A DNA stretch of 64,000 bases from Octopus vulgaris (lineage: Eukaryota), in contig OX597832.1 in NCBI GenBank assembly GCA_951406725.2, positions 28,582,001 through 28,646,000 on the forward strand, read 5' to 3'. The notes beneath the pieces were generated by a model. It made no database searches, was not told where the DNA came from, and saw nothing but the letters and a program-made list of their open reading frames with translations. The position numbers and the translations under genes were made by a program. Shown piece after piece: positions 44,214 through 56,308 of the stretch; the first letter of the stretch is position 1; each line of letters begins with the position of its first letter.

Positions 44214-44226
44214 GTGCAAAGGGTAA

Positions 44227-44720
44227 AGATCCCCTTCGGGTCATGAATGACCATGAGACTGCACCTAGAAAATTAACTCCCGAGGCCCTATTCCGGGCAA
44301 GGTTGTTTCGGAAAGACCAACAGTCGCCCATGCATACCAGCTTCCTCTTTCCACGCCATTATACACGGGATAAAGAGTAAAGATCCCCTTCCGGTCATGA
44401 ATGACCACGAGATTGCACCTAGAAAGTTCCCCTCTGAGGCACAACTCCAGGCAAGGTTGTTTATGGAAGACCAGCGGTCACCCATGCATACCAGCCTCTC
44501 CTCTCAACGCCACCGATGTTATCCAAGAGAAAGGCAGAAGGGGCCGATACAGCTTGGCACCAGTGACGTCGCAACTCAGTTCTACAGCTGAGTGAACTGG
44601 AGCAACGTGAAAATAAAGTGTCTTGCTCAAGAACACAACACGCAGCCCGGTCCGGGAATCGAACTCACTACTTCATATTTGTGAGCCCGACGCTCTAACC
44701 ACTAAACCATGCTCCTTCAC
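44227..44720 (-). mobile_element. SINE family D (C-like head, different tail) with a tandemly duplicated 3' tail, inserted in the Tigger fossil
   Basis: Matches 54882-55207; tail segment present twice (44227-44355, 44381-44510). Confidence 0.85.
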
Positions 44721-44724
44721 ATGT

Positions 44725-45025
44725 AGCTACTTTAATTTCATTTCACCAGCGATGAAAGAAGTTCCAGACGAGTTTTGCAATCTTTAAATCCTGGTGTTGA
44801 TTGTTCTTCTCGATAAATCAAAGTATTTAGCAGGTATGCGCTTCCAGAAAGGGCAGTTTCATCAACGTTGTACGCTTGTCCTGGTGTGAAGCCTCCTCCA
44901 GCAACCATTTTCTTCAACTACTCAGGATAATTAGAAGCAATCTCTGTATTAGGCATCTTCACCAATTGTTTTTGTGTCGTGCAAATTCATGCGCTTCTTA
45001 AAACCATTCATACCCAAGATCAGAG
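44725..45025 (-). pseudogene. Tigger/pogo transposase fossil, N-terminal part
   Basis: Minus translation (with frameshifts) FKKRMNLH...GE...GGFTPGQAYNVDETA..WKRIP...EEQSTPGFK matches FKKR..LH..GE / FN.DETGLFWKRMP / PGFK. Confidence 0.85.
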
Positions 45026-45072
45026 ATACTTTATACAACTTTTGAAATACACTAAGATACCACATTATGTCT

Positions 45073-45404
45073 TAGAACTTCTCACCAAAAACAACATGGT
45101 ATTGATTCTGTAGCCGCCCTGTTCGTCAGATTTAACACCTGCCGACTTCCATCTCTTCCTTAAGAGGAAAATGCAGCTCAAAGGTCGACGTTTTAAAACT
45201 GTTATGGAGATCAGGAGCGAATCGCAGAAGGTCTTCAACTCGCTTACGGAAAACGACTTGCAGGCCGGATTCCAAAAGTGGCAAGAACGCTGGAACCGGT
45301 GTATTGCGGAGCAATGTGACTATTTTGAAGGAGACAATGTTGAAAATAAACTATTTTTTAAATTAAATCTAACTAGTCCAGGAACTCTTCGATACCACCT
45401 CGTA
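45073..45404 (+). mobile_element. Mariner (Tc1/mariner) 3' fragment with 3' TIR
   Basis: PPCSSDLTPADFHLF...LKGRRF...FQKWQERWNRCIAEQCDYFE is the YSPDLAP motif region and mariner C-terminus; ends in ...GATACCACCTCG-TA. Confidence 0.88.
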
Positions 45405-45589
45405 TTTTATGTAACTTCAGAACCACGAGATACTTCCGGTGACTTATTTACGTGTACTGAAAAAAAAACTCCCAAAGAACTATTACAGTCGACCATACCG
45501 ATTTATAAGGATCCTCGAAACAACAAAGGGTCATTGTTTCTAAGATTAAAAAAAGAAAACAGCTAAGGATTTAGTTTAAAAGTTTATAC

Positions 45590-45662
45590 AGGTTCTGGTG
45601 AGGATCGAACTCACGACCTTCTGCGTGTAAAGCAGACGTGATAACCACTACACCACAGAACC
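45590..45662 (-). tRNA. tRNA-Val(TAC)
   Basis: GGTTCTGTGGTGTAGTGGTTATCACGTCTGCTTTACACGCAGAAGGTCGTGAGTTCGATCCTCACCAGAACCT; TTTT about 8 nt downstream; identical to the 47376 and 53919 copies. Confidence 0.97.
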
Positions 45663-46258
45663 TTACAACAACCTTCATTTTATTTTTATGCTTATTATTG
45701 TTTGATTGAAATATTTGCCATTATTCACTACAGCCTGCTGGTGTCTGGTGATGATGTGGCACTAATCCATCAATATACATGCGCGTATGCACACACACAC
45801 ACACATACACACACAGACACACACACATACACACACATATGCACGTATATCACATGGGAACCCCAACATGGCTATTCGATAAACAAGAAACAGCTGCAAA
45901 ATTTTCCTCAAACGTCCCCTCCTCCACTCCACGCACACTCATCTAACAAAAAGGACACGTTGCATAATGCGGTCCCAGACAACCGGCATGTAAGAAAAAG
46001 ACGTGATGGCCTCAGTTGGACTGCCTTTAATCACAGGTCTGTTCGATGACGAATGACCTGGGTATAAAAAAGTTAAATAATTGAGAAAGGCATGCATGTC
46101 ACAACTTCATTTATCCATCTACCCTTCAGTTTTATACATACACGCACGCACATGTGCGCTCACATACACACACACACACACCCACACACACACACTCACA
46201 CACACATACACACACATACACTTATACACAGGTACACAAAATGCGTCAGTCTCTATGG

Positions 46259-46476
46259 CAGTGCTTTTCAAACATTTTGCTGGAGCGGAACCCCAAGGAA
46301 ACATTCCACTGGCTCGAGGAACCCCTGTGCAATAATTTAATAGTCTTGTGCACACATATCTGCACAGGAGAATTAAAATTACTGCCAGTTTTAGCAGTTT
46401 TGTAACTTCTTGCGGAACCCCCGGACTGTACTGGCGGAACCCTAAGGTTCCGCGGAACCCTGGTTGAAAACCATTG
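46259..46476. mobile_element. hAT (Charlie-like) MITE with 8-bp TSD
   Basis: TIRs CAGTGCTTTTCAA / TTGAAAACCATTG; perfect TSD CTCTATGG at 46251-46258 and 46477-46484; internal GGAACCC repeats. Confidence 0.92.
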
Positions 46477-46784
46477 CTCTATGGGGTCATTCGATTAGAG
46501 TCCAAAATTTATAAAAATTAAACTGGAATTCTTTTAATCATGGATTTGCTCGATTAGGATTGACCTGGGGTTAAACAATAATCGCCACATCAACCATTCG
46601 CACCACCAGTACCACCACACTGCCGCCACCATCATCATTACCATCATCACCATCGCCATCGTAGTGGTGTACAAGGATTCTGGTAACAACCATAGATCTT
46701 TGTTTCAAAATATCCGATATTTTCAAAGAACAAAGTAAAAAGTTAAAAGTGTGTTTTCATTTAAAAAAACCCAAAAAAACTCGA

Positions 46785-46857
46785 AGGTTCCGGCGAGGAT
46801 CGAACTCACGGCCTTCTGCGTGTAAAGCAGATGTGATAACCACTACACCACGGAACC
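46785..46857 (-). tRNA. tRNA-Val(TAC)
   Basis: GGTTCCG-type body like the 42789 copy (variable loop AGGCC); T7 terminator downstream. Confidence 0.96.
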
Positions 46858-47375
46858 ACTCATACAAAGTAGTCGAGTTTCTGACTGTATTAATCTATTA
46901 TTAAAATAGTTGCAATAATTCATTGATTTTGCTACCGTCAGCTGTTCTTTGGTGATGTTGTGGCTTTGATACGTCTAGATACATTGTTGCAACGAAACTC
47001 AATGCTGTATTGAATAACAATCGATCTATAAACATCACAAAACAAAATGTATCTGTTCATAATACAACTGGCGAACACCATTTTATGTCACAACGAGACC
47101 ACGTGATACAATTGGTGGCCATATTTTTTGCATCCACGACACCACGTGACGCAACTGCCGGTTATGCTTTGTGTAACCACCGCAGCACGTGATACAAGTG
47201 TGACCCTGATACCACGTGATTTTTTCTTTTTTGTAAAAAGCGGGTATTTTTAAGCTTCACTGATTTATGTTTGTTTGGGTGTTGTTATGGCATTTACCAA
47301 TATTCACTCCATAGTAGTTTTGAAGATGAAAAAGAAACTTATGGAATATTCCACGCAGAAAAAAGAATTAACTAC

Positions 47376-47448
47376 AGGTTCTGGTGAGGATCGAACTCAC
47401 GACCTTCTGCGTGTAAAGCAGACGTGATAACCACTACACCACAGAACC
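47376..47448 (-). tRNA. tRNA-Val(TAC)
   Basis: Complete cloverleaf identical to the 45590 copy; T6 terminator downstream. Confidence 0.97.
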
Positions 47449-47529
47449 CTTGACGTGTCAAAGATAGTTTTAGTGTCTTTGAATTTACTTATTATGATGT
47501 ATCGATGGTCCTCTAGGTGGCGTTGTGGT

Positions 47530-47745
47530 ATTATTGGTTTAAAATTTTGGCCCAAGGTCAGCAATTTCCGGGGAAGGAATAAACTGATTGCATCGACCCC
47601 AGTACTCAACGGGTGTTTCTTTCATCGACCCCGGAATGATGACAGACAAAGCCTAACACGGCGGAATTTGAACTCAGAACGCAAAGGCGGACGAAATGAC
47701 ATTAAGCATTTTACCCGACGTGCTAACGGTTCTGCCAGCTCGCTA
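47530..47745 (-). mobile_element. SINE family A (older copy)
   Basis: Reverse complement of head and core. Confidence 0.75.
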
Positions 47746-47878
47746 CCTGATGTTGAGGTATTATTGATCAACCAACAAATATGTCTTTGTACAACTGTAT
47801 GCCTTTGTCTCTTCGGGATCAATAAAATAAAGTATCGGCCTTGTGTCTATAATAGAAAAGATTATTATTATTATTATT

Positions 47879-48432
47879 GAATGAAAGAGCAGCACATGCC
47901 ATCAAAGTGACACTGGTGTAAAATATACGAAGCCCAGTATACCCATCATGACTACCCGTCTGATAAGGGTACACTAGGCACATGCATCACAACCATATGT
48001 GCGCGGCATGGTGATCTCATATCAAGATAAACAGCACATGACCTTGCAGGTGGGGCCCAGTTAGAATTTTCTTCTTGTCGAGTAACCCATCCCGCTCAAA
48101 AAGTCCCTGAATAAAGGTTGTTTAAGGATGTTGAACGAAACACCCATGTTTCCAGAGGTGAATTATTCAAACCCCAAAGAATCCTTCTCAACACATGGCT
48201 ATGATGCTCCCCCACTACATCTGCTCGTGATCAGAGATGCACATATCGTCAGCCACTAAGGGACATGCTCAACTGGTTAAGGTCAAACAACTGACAAGCA
48301 AATCTGTGGTATTGAGCAGAATATTTGCTGTAGCCCATCTTTTATACCAAGACAAAACAATGTACATGATAACACTTCCAATCAGTTAAGATCAGAAGCC
48401 ATGAGGGCCACTGCCTGGTACTGCATCAGGGC

Positions 48433-48433
<1 letters not shown>
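47879..48433. mobile_element. ~555-bp non-coding element inserted in a (TTA)n tract (possibly an R4/Dong-type derivative)
   Basis: Complex sequence flanked on both sides by (TTA)n (47861-47878, 48434-48497); no ORF; the family assignment is inference. Confidence 0.45.
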
Positions 48434-48498
<65 letters not shown>

Positions 48499-48754
48499 TT
48501 AGAACTGGTACCCAAAGGGACGTGAATAAACCACAAGGACCCATTTTATCCAACATGATAGTCAATTCTCCACATTACTATCGCCCCTGCCACCACCGAC
48601 GCTGTCACCACCATTATCGCCGCCATGGAATCTACGTCTTGGTTTATGAAGAAGAAACAACAAAAGGGGAGATAATTATAAACTAAAAAAGGCGAGAGGG
48701 GTGAAGGGAGATAAGATAGGAAAGGTAGGGGATGGTTAGGGTGTTGTAGGATTC

Positions 48755-48794
<40 letters not shown>

Positions 48795-49387
48795 GATTGG
48801 TTAATGTCCGTCAACCTCACAACCACCACCACCACCACCACCACCACCACCACAAGAACCACTACCATCGCCACCCCGCTGCCGTCGCCGCCACCGCAGC
48901 CATTACATTTAATTGCAGCGCACCACCCACCGCCTCACCTCTCAACCACCAACACTTCCTGATCAAGTGGCGAAAATTCAAACTGCAAAGTTTGTATTTC
49001 TAAGGGTTTTCTTTTTATTTTATGAACAACTAAAAGATGACACAGCTGTTTGGGGAAAAACAAATATTTGGAGATGGAATTCCGAGTTTGGTAGGAATTA
49101 CGAAGACTATTAGCAGAAAGGCAAGATATCTTACTGACAGAAACACACACACACACGACATAGTCTCTTACTATATTTCTTTTATATGTAATATATAGTT
49201 TTTATTTGTGGGTTGGTTTTTTCCCCCGTTTTTTTCTTATATTTTCCCTCGTTTTTTTTTTCTCTCTCCCCAAAAGCAACCCCAAAGTCGAGTCAGTTTT
49301 TTGTGGAAAGAACTCAAAATAAATAACAAAGTAAGGTTTTTTTCTTCGTTCTATTTGCATTTTGTGAGTGTGTGTGTGTGTGCGTGT

Positions 49388-49448
<61 letters not shown>

Positions 49449-49559
49449 AATGCGCCAAACAGGAAGTATCAACGCAACATCTGTATTTCATTAGATCTGA
49501 ACGGAAAATGGTTCAGAAGAGGAAATTGATGCGTGCCTGTCCATCTGTGGGTGGGTGTG

Positions 49560-49965
49560 TGTATGTGCGTGCACGTGTGTGTGTGCGTGTGTGTGTGTGT
49601 ATGTAAGCGTGCGTGTATATGTGTGTGTGCGTGTATGTGCGTACGTGTATGGGTATATGTGTGTATGTGTGTATATGCGTGTATGGGTATATGTGTGTGT
49701 GTATGTGTGCGTGCACATGTGTGTGTGTGAGTTCGTACGTTTATATGTGTGTGTGTGTGTTTGCGTGTATGTGCGTACGTGTGTGTGTATGCGTGAATGT
49801 GCGTACGTGTGTCTGTATATGTGTGTGTATGTGTGTGTGTATGTGCGTACGTGTATGTGTGTGTATGTGTGCGTGCACGTGTATGTGTATGTGTGCGTGT
49901 ATGTGCGAACGTGTATGTCTGTGTATGCGTGTATGTGCGTACGTGTACGTGTGTGTGTGTGTGTG
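49560..49965. repeat. Compound alternating purine-pyrimidine repeat (GTGTATGTGCGTACGT...)
   Basis: Higher-order units built from GT/AT/GC dinucleotides. Confidence 0.85.
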
Positions 49966-50349
49966 GTAAAAGGGAGCGGGTAGTGGGAGGAGGAATGTCC
50001 AATGAAGAAGAAGACCAGTTGTATGATTGTTTTTTGTTTTTATGTACAGTTTTGTTTTTCTAACGAGGTAAACTTTTAAAGCCAGACATTAGGAGAATTG
50101 GGGGGGGGGCGGAATTTGTTTATTTACGACGAAGTAACAGATTTTTCGAGAAGACAAGAGTAGCAGAGCCTTTACCAGTGGCTGATGGTTTGGGGTTCTA
50201 AGAGCCAGGGTTTAGGGTAGCTGTGAGTTCAAGTAGTTGAATGTTTAGGGTGGATGAAGATTAAGGCTACAATAAAGAACCGCTCTTTGCCGTTTCTCCA
50301 AACGCAGTTACGTGTTACCATTCTAAAGGATGCCGAAATTATCGTCCAG

Positions 50350-50855
50350 GTGAAGGTGATAAGCTCGAAGAAGCGTTAGGACGCCGGATGAAATGCTTTC
50401 AGGTATTTCGTCCGTTTTCAAAGTTTTGTGTTCAAACTCCGCCGAGGTCGACTTTGCCTACTGGGGACAATGTAATCGGCTTCCCCCCCCCCCGTTCCCA
50501 CCAAATTTCAGACCTTGTGGTTATTGTAAAAATGACATTATCGTTCAGGTGAAGACGGCGAGCTGGCAGAATCGTTGACCACACCGGATGAAATGCTTAG
50601 CGGGATTTCGTCCGTCTTATCGTTCTGAGTCCAAACTCCGCCGTGGTCGACTTTGCCTTTCATCTTTTTAGGGTCGATAAAATACATACCAGTCGAGTAC
50701 TCGGGACGATGTAATCGGCTTTCACCACCCCCACCCCGTTCACACCAAATTTCAGGCCTTATGCCTTGTACTAGTTGAGTATTGCGATCAATGTAAACAA
50801 CTCACCCCGTTTCCCCGAAATTGCTGGCCTTGTGCCAAAATTTGAAATCAATATT
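50350..50855 (+). mobile_element. Locally duplicated degenerate SINE family A copies
   Basis: Two heads preceded by the same ATTATCGT.CAGGTGAAG flank (50338, 50537). Confidence 0.7.
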
Positions 50856-51516
50856 TTCGCAATGGATGCGCAGAGGCAAGTGTTGAGCAAAATGAAAAAA
50901 ATTAACTTCTTTATTAGACTTTCTTTTATTCTTTTTTACTCTTTCGATCTTTTTACTCTTTCGTTTTTCTCTCTTTCTCTCACTTATTATTTTACCTCCT
51001 CTTCTCCCACTATTTTATCCTTTTACTCTGTCACTCTCTCTCCCTTATTCCTCCTCCTTCGGTCACGTGGCCATCACGTGACCATCAGCCATCTTTCTTT
51101 TTTCTCCTAACTTGTGTTTCTTTCTCTCCGTTGTAGCTGGAACAAGGAAGATTCGTTCTTGTCTGTCTCCTGTCCAAGCTTGATTTACGCGTTCGCCACT
51201 ACAGTCTCGTTTAGGCTGAGCAGCCCTTCCTGTTTCATTTCATTGTCCTGTTTGTGTTACCAGTTTTGACCCTCCGCAAAATCCCAAATTTTATTTAATT
51301 TGCTTTGCGGGAGCAACTGTTTTATCGAAAGCGTATGTTGTTGTTAAATGCTCGAAATACGAGAGTAGAAAAACAACCAACAACTGATGGAGGGTCGTTC
51401 TTTATATTGTTTGTCTTGTTTTCTATTTGTGTTTTTCATTGTTCGAAAAAACAGTTCGTATTCCATATACTCGTACTTCGTATTTTTGTTGCACCCGTTT
51501 CCTGACATCCTGTGCT

Positions 51517-51567
<51 letters not shown>

Positions 51568-51619
51568 CTATATATATATACATATAGGTTTATGTACATA
51601 TATATGCATATGTAAATAC

Positions 51620-51670
<51 letters not shown>

Positions 51671-51739
51671 GTATATATATATATGTATATATATATGCAT
51701 ATATATATGTATATATATATGCATATATATCTATGTATG

Positions 51740-51808
<69 letters not shown>

Positions 51809-51818
51809 AGTGTGCGTG

Positions 51819-51863
<45 letters not shown>

Positions 51864-51875
51864 ATGCATTGTGTC

Positions 51876-52118
51876 GTGGCACTCCGTCGGTTACGACGAC
51901 AAGGGTTCCAGTTGATCCAATCAACGGTATAGCCTGCCCGTGAAATTAACGTGCAAGTGATTGAAGCACTCCACAGACACGTGTACCCTTAACGTAGTTC
52001 TCGGGGAGCTTTGGGTGTTTTCGCTCAGTAAACACTCATAACGCCCGGTCTGGGGAATCGAAACCGCGATCCTAAGACCGCGTGTCCACTACCCTAACCA
52101 CTGTGCCATTGCACCTCC
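51876..52118 (-). mobile_element. SINE family E
   Basis: Head GGAGGTGCAATGGCACAGTGGTTAGGG plus family C tail. Confidence 0.82.
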
Positions 52119-52277
52119 ATACGCATTGCGTATACCTTTACCGTATGACGAATACACACCTGCACACGTGTCAATACCATAGCATCACCATACGACAACC
52201 AGTTCCATAACCCAATAAAATGACAGATGTATTATCTGAAGATAAAAGTTAATAAAATGACAGCTTTTAGCGTGACA

Positions 52278-52350
52278 GGTTCTGTGGTGTAGTGGTTATC
52301 ACGTCTGCTTCACACGCAGAAGGCCGCGAGTTCGAACCTCGCCAGAACCT
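52278..52350 (+). tRNA. tRNA-Val(CAC)
   Basis: GGTTCTGTGGTGTAGTGGTTATCACGTCTGCTTCACACGCAGAAGGCCGCGAGTTCGAACCTCGCCAGAACCT; perfect stems, T9 terminator downstream. Confidence 0.96.
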
Positions 52351-52567
52351 TCATGTTTCCTTTTTTTTTATGCCTCTTGATCTTTTTACAACCACGGAGG
52401 AGCTGCAATCAAGCAAATCTGAGACCAGAAGCACCCTAATTCTGACTACCCCTTATTTTACAATTCATTTTAGACTTCATTAACCCGATTTCTCGAAAGT
52501 CGAATATTTTCAGTTTTTTTTATTGTTCCTTCCTGTGTGGTGTGTGTCGAGACACTTTCACACTTGA

Positions 52568-52642
<75 letters not shown>

Positions 52643-52709
52643 TAACAATAACAACAACAACAACAACAACAACAACAATAATCAGAATAATTGTTCCTAC
52701 TATACGTAT

Positions 52710-52890
52710 AGGGCCTGAAACTTTGAGGAAAGGGGCCACCCGATTTCATTGATCCCAGTGTTCAACTGGTATTTACTTTATCGACCCCGAAAGGATGAAA
52801 TGCACAGTCGACCTCGGCAGAATTTGAACTCCGAACGTAAAGAGCCGAAAGATATACCGTGAAGTGTTTTGTCCGGCGTACTAATGGTTC
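52710..52890 (-). mobile_element. SINE family A (degenerate)
   Basis: Core and T-arm-like motif on the minus strand. Confidence 0.7.
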
Positions 52891-53001
52891 TAAATCAATG
52901 AAACTGAAGAAACGGTGCGCGTGTACATTAAACGGCTATTATGACTCTACCACGTTGTAACAGTTTTAAGATTTATACGGATGTAAATCAGCCTTTGGGG
53001 G

Positions 53002-53413
53002 TACTCTTTACTCTTTTACTTGTTTCAGTCATTTGACTGTGGCCATGCTGGAGCACCGCCTTTAGTCGAGCAAATCAACCCCAGGACTTATTCTTTGGAA
53101 GCCCAGTACTTATTCTATCGGTTCTTTTGCCGAATCGCTAAGTGACGGAGACGTAAACATACCAGCATCGGTTGTCAAGCGATGTTAGGGGGACAAACAC
53201 AGACACACAAACATATACACACACACACATATATATATACATACATATATACGACGGTCTTCTTTCAGTTTCCGTCTACCAAATCCACTCACAAGGCTTT
53301 GGTCGGCCCGAGGCTATAGTAGAAGACACTTACCCAAGGTGCCACGCAGTGGGACTGAACCCTGAACCATGTGGTTGGTAAACAAGCTACTTACCACACA
53401 GCCACTCCTACGC
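53002..53413 (-). mobile_element. SINE family B
   Basis: Full-length, close to the 1936-2364 copy. Confidence 0.9.
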
Positions 53414-53918
53414 ACATTTACATATACATACGCACATACATATGCACACACACACACATACGTATATATGCATACACACATACACACACGCACATACATC
53501 CGCAAACACATCTGCACACACTTCCTCATACCATATTCCAATCACCAAAGCTTTGCTCCACTCAAAGCCATCGTACAAGACCCCACCCCACAATCATGAA
53601 CCAGCGAAACGCCTTTCTTAGTCATACAACCCCCAATTAATTCTTTTATTTCATCGACCTACACCAGAAGAACGACAGCCATCGACATAGCCCGGTAAGG
53701 ATCGAACCCAGAACCCAAAAGGAACGAACAAGATGAAATGACACCGATGTATGTCTGTCGGCGAGTTTACCAATCTTCATAGAATTCAACTCGAAACGGC
53801 CATCATGACCACAGATCAATACCACAACATCAACAGGCGACTGAAAAAATCAATGTTGTATGAGAACAATATTAAAAATAGGTTAAAACATACAAAAATG
53901 GACGGCTGTGCTATCAAG

Positions 53919-53991
53919 GGTTCTGTGGTGTAGTGGTTATCACGTCTGCTTTACACGCAGAAGGTCGTGAGTTCGATCCTCACCAGAACCT
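53919..53991 (+). tRNA. tRNA-Val(TAC)
   Basis: Complete cloverleaf identical to the 45590/47376 copies; T5 terminator downstream. Confidence 0.97.
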
Positions 53992-54163
53992 GCTAATATT
54001 TTTGTACTATGGATTCCCTTTGTTTCGTTTCTTAAAAGCAAGGTCTACCTTTTGAGTCTACGACTGTTTCCTTTTTTTATCATATGTAACTGTTTTTATT
54101 ACCGTCGGGAGTGTAATTGAAGAGAAGTGGTCGCATACACATGGTCTGTCGGTGTCTGACTGC

Positions 54164-54194
<31 letters not shown>

Positions 54195-54256
54195 TTTTTC
54201 CTTATCTTTCTTTGTCTCTGTCTCTCTTTCCTTCTCTTTCTCTGTCTGTCCGTCTT

Positions 54257-54344
<88 letters not shown>

Positions 54345-54881
54345 TTTGTCTCCGTCACTCTCTTTTTTTTTTTTTGAAATTATTAGGTTGTGAAGAAAAG
54401 CGTTCATCAACCTTTAAATTTTTGGAAGTTCTTGCAAATTTTCGAAGTCTTAGATATTGTGATTATTTGTAGCGTATCAATAAGGATTTGCGTTCTCTCC
54501 ACAAGACCCCAAGACCCCAAAACCCCAAGATCGGCCTAACTTTGGTCCAGACGGGTCAGTATGTATCTTGTTGCTCCAATAATAATAGGCATAAAGCTAA
54601 AAGCGCATCTTGGGCACAGGATTTGCAAACTCCTCATCAAAGGTCCGTAAATGTTCCCTTTCTCTCATATTTTTCTAACCACATTGGTGACCAGTGGGCA
54701 GCTGATTTCCACAACAGAACATATCTTTTCTTTGTGGCCCCACGCAGCAATATCTGGCCGTTGGTGTTTTAACTTGGTGGCTGTTTTGAATTTTAACTTT
54801 TACTAATATTGTTTTGACACACAAGCCTCGATTCAGTCAACTTCCTCTGTAGGTGTTTTGTTAGTATGTATGTATGTATGT

Positions 54882-55207
54882 GAAGGCGCATGGCTCAGTG
54901 GTTAGAGCGTCGAGCTTACGATCGTAAGGTTGTGAGTTCGAATCCCGGACCGGGCTGCGTGTTGTGTTTTTGAGCAAGACACTTTATTTCACGTTGCTCC
55001 AGTTCACTCAGCTGTAGAAATGAATCACAGGTGCCAAGCTGTATCGGCCGTTGCCTTTCCCTTGGATAACACTGGTGGCGTGGAGAGGGAAGGCCGGTAT
55101 GCATGGGCGACTGCTGGTCTTCCATAAACAACCTTGTCCGGACTTATACCCGGGAGGGTAACTTTCTAGGTGCAATCCCACGGTCAGTCATGACTGAAGG
55201 GGGTCTC
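54882..55207 (+). mobile_element. SINE family D
   Basis: Head GAAGGCGCATGGCTCAGTGGTTAGAGCG...GTTCGAATCCC; central TTGAGCAAGACACTTTATTTCACGTTGCTCCAG closely matches family C. Confidence 0.88.
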
Positions 55208-55254
55208 AGCAGCAATATATGTATGTCTCTTCTATTTTTTAATTATTCTTTTCT

Positions 55255-55600
55255 TCTCTAGGCACAAGGCCTGAAATTTTGTGGGGAGGGGACCAGTCGA
55301 TTATATCGATCCCAGTACGCAACTGGTACTTAATTTATCGACCCCGAAAGGATGAAAGGCAAAGTCGATCTCGGCTGAATTTGAACTCAGAACGTAGCGG
55401 CAGACGGAATACCTATTTCTTTCTTATCCACAGAGGGGACAAACAAGAACAGACAAACGGATTAAGTCGATTATATCGACCCCATTGCGTAACTGGTATT
55501 TATTTAATCGACCCCCTAAAGGATGAAAAGCAAAGTCGACCTCGGCGGAATTTGAGCTCCTCTCCAAAAATTTCGGGGCTTATGCCTAGAGTAGAAAAGA
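55255..55600 (-). mobile_element. SINE family A dimer (headless)
   Basis: Two body units joined at AATACC|TATTTC (about 55408). Confidence 0.8.
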
Positions 55601-56231
55601 TTTCTTGCCAATAGAGAAAGAGCCAGTTTCTAACCTAGATCCAAGACTCCTTCATTGGAATTTCAACATCAACAACAGAATATTTTTGAATGTATGTATG
55701 CATATGTGTAGATTTGTATGTTCTATGTATGTATTCTCAAGCATATAGTTACGTATCTAGACATGCTCATATATATTTTAAATGATAAACTTCTGGAAAG
55801 TTTTACAGATTTTTACAGTTCCAGCGATGGACTGGATCTGCATATAAGTATGTATGTATATGTGTGTATACATAATCGTTCTATTCGTTATGTGGTGGTT
55901 TACTTTTGTAAATCTTATTTCGCAATTACAAACATTTACAATTCCCGGCTCTCTTCGTTGTCAGTCGATCCTGCGACATCTTTGGCTGAAACAATACAAC
56001 AGACGAAACTAAGCGAGACGGACAGTGATTATTAGTCGCACAAAACCAGCCAATCTCTTCCCACCACCTCCATCCCCTTTCTCTCTCTCTCTCTCTCTCT
56101 CTCTCCCTCTCTCTACTCATACAGGAAGGCAACACACCGTAATTTTTCTGTCAATTTAGAGAGAGAGCAACTTCAAAATCACAGTCAAAAAGTTATTAGG
56201 TCACTGACAGAAAATGCTTCTTCTTTGCTTA

Positions 56232-56308
<77 letters not shown>

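Noticed and set aside
50205-50255. Telomeric TTAGGG
   Set aside because: Only two isolated hexamers, not an array.
54882-54955. tRNA gene
   Set aside because: A/B boxes are present but there is no acceptor stem, and it continues into a repeated SINE body; the same applies to other SINE heads (44640-44720, 52040-52118, 40860-40920).
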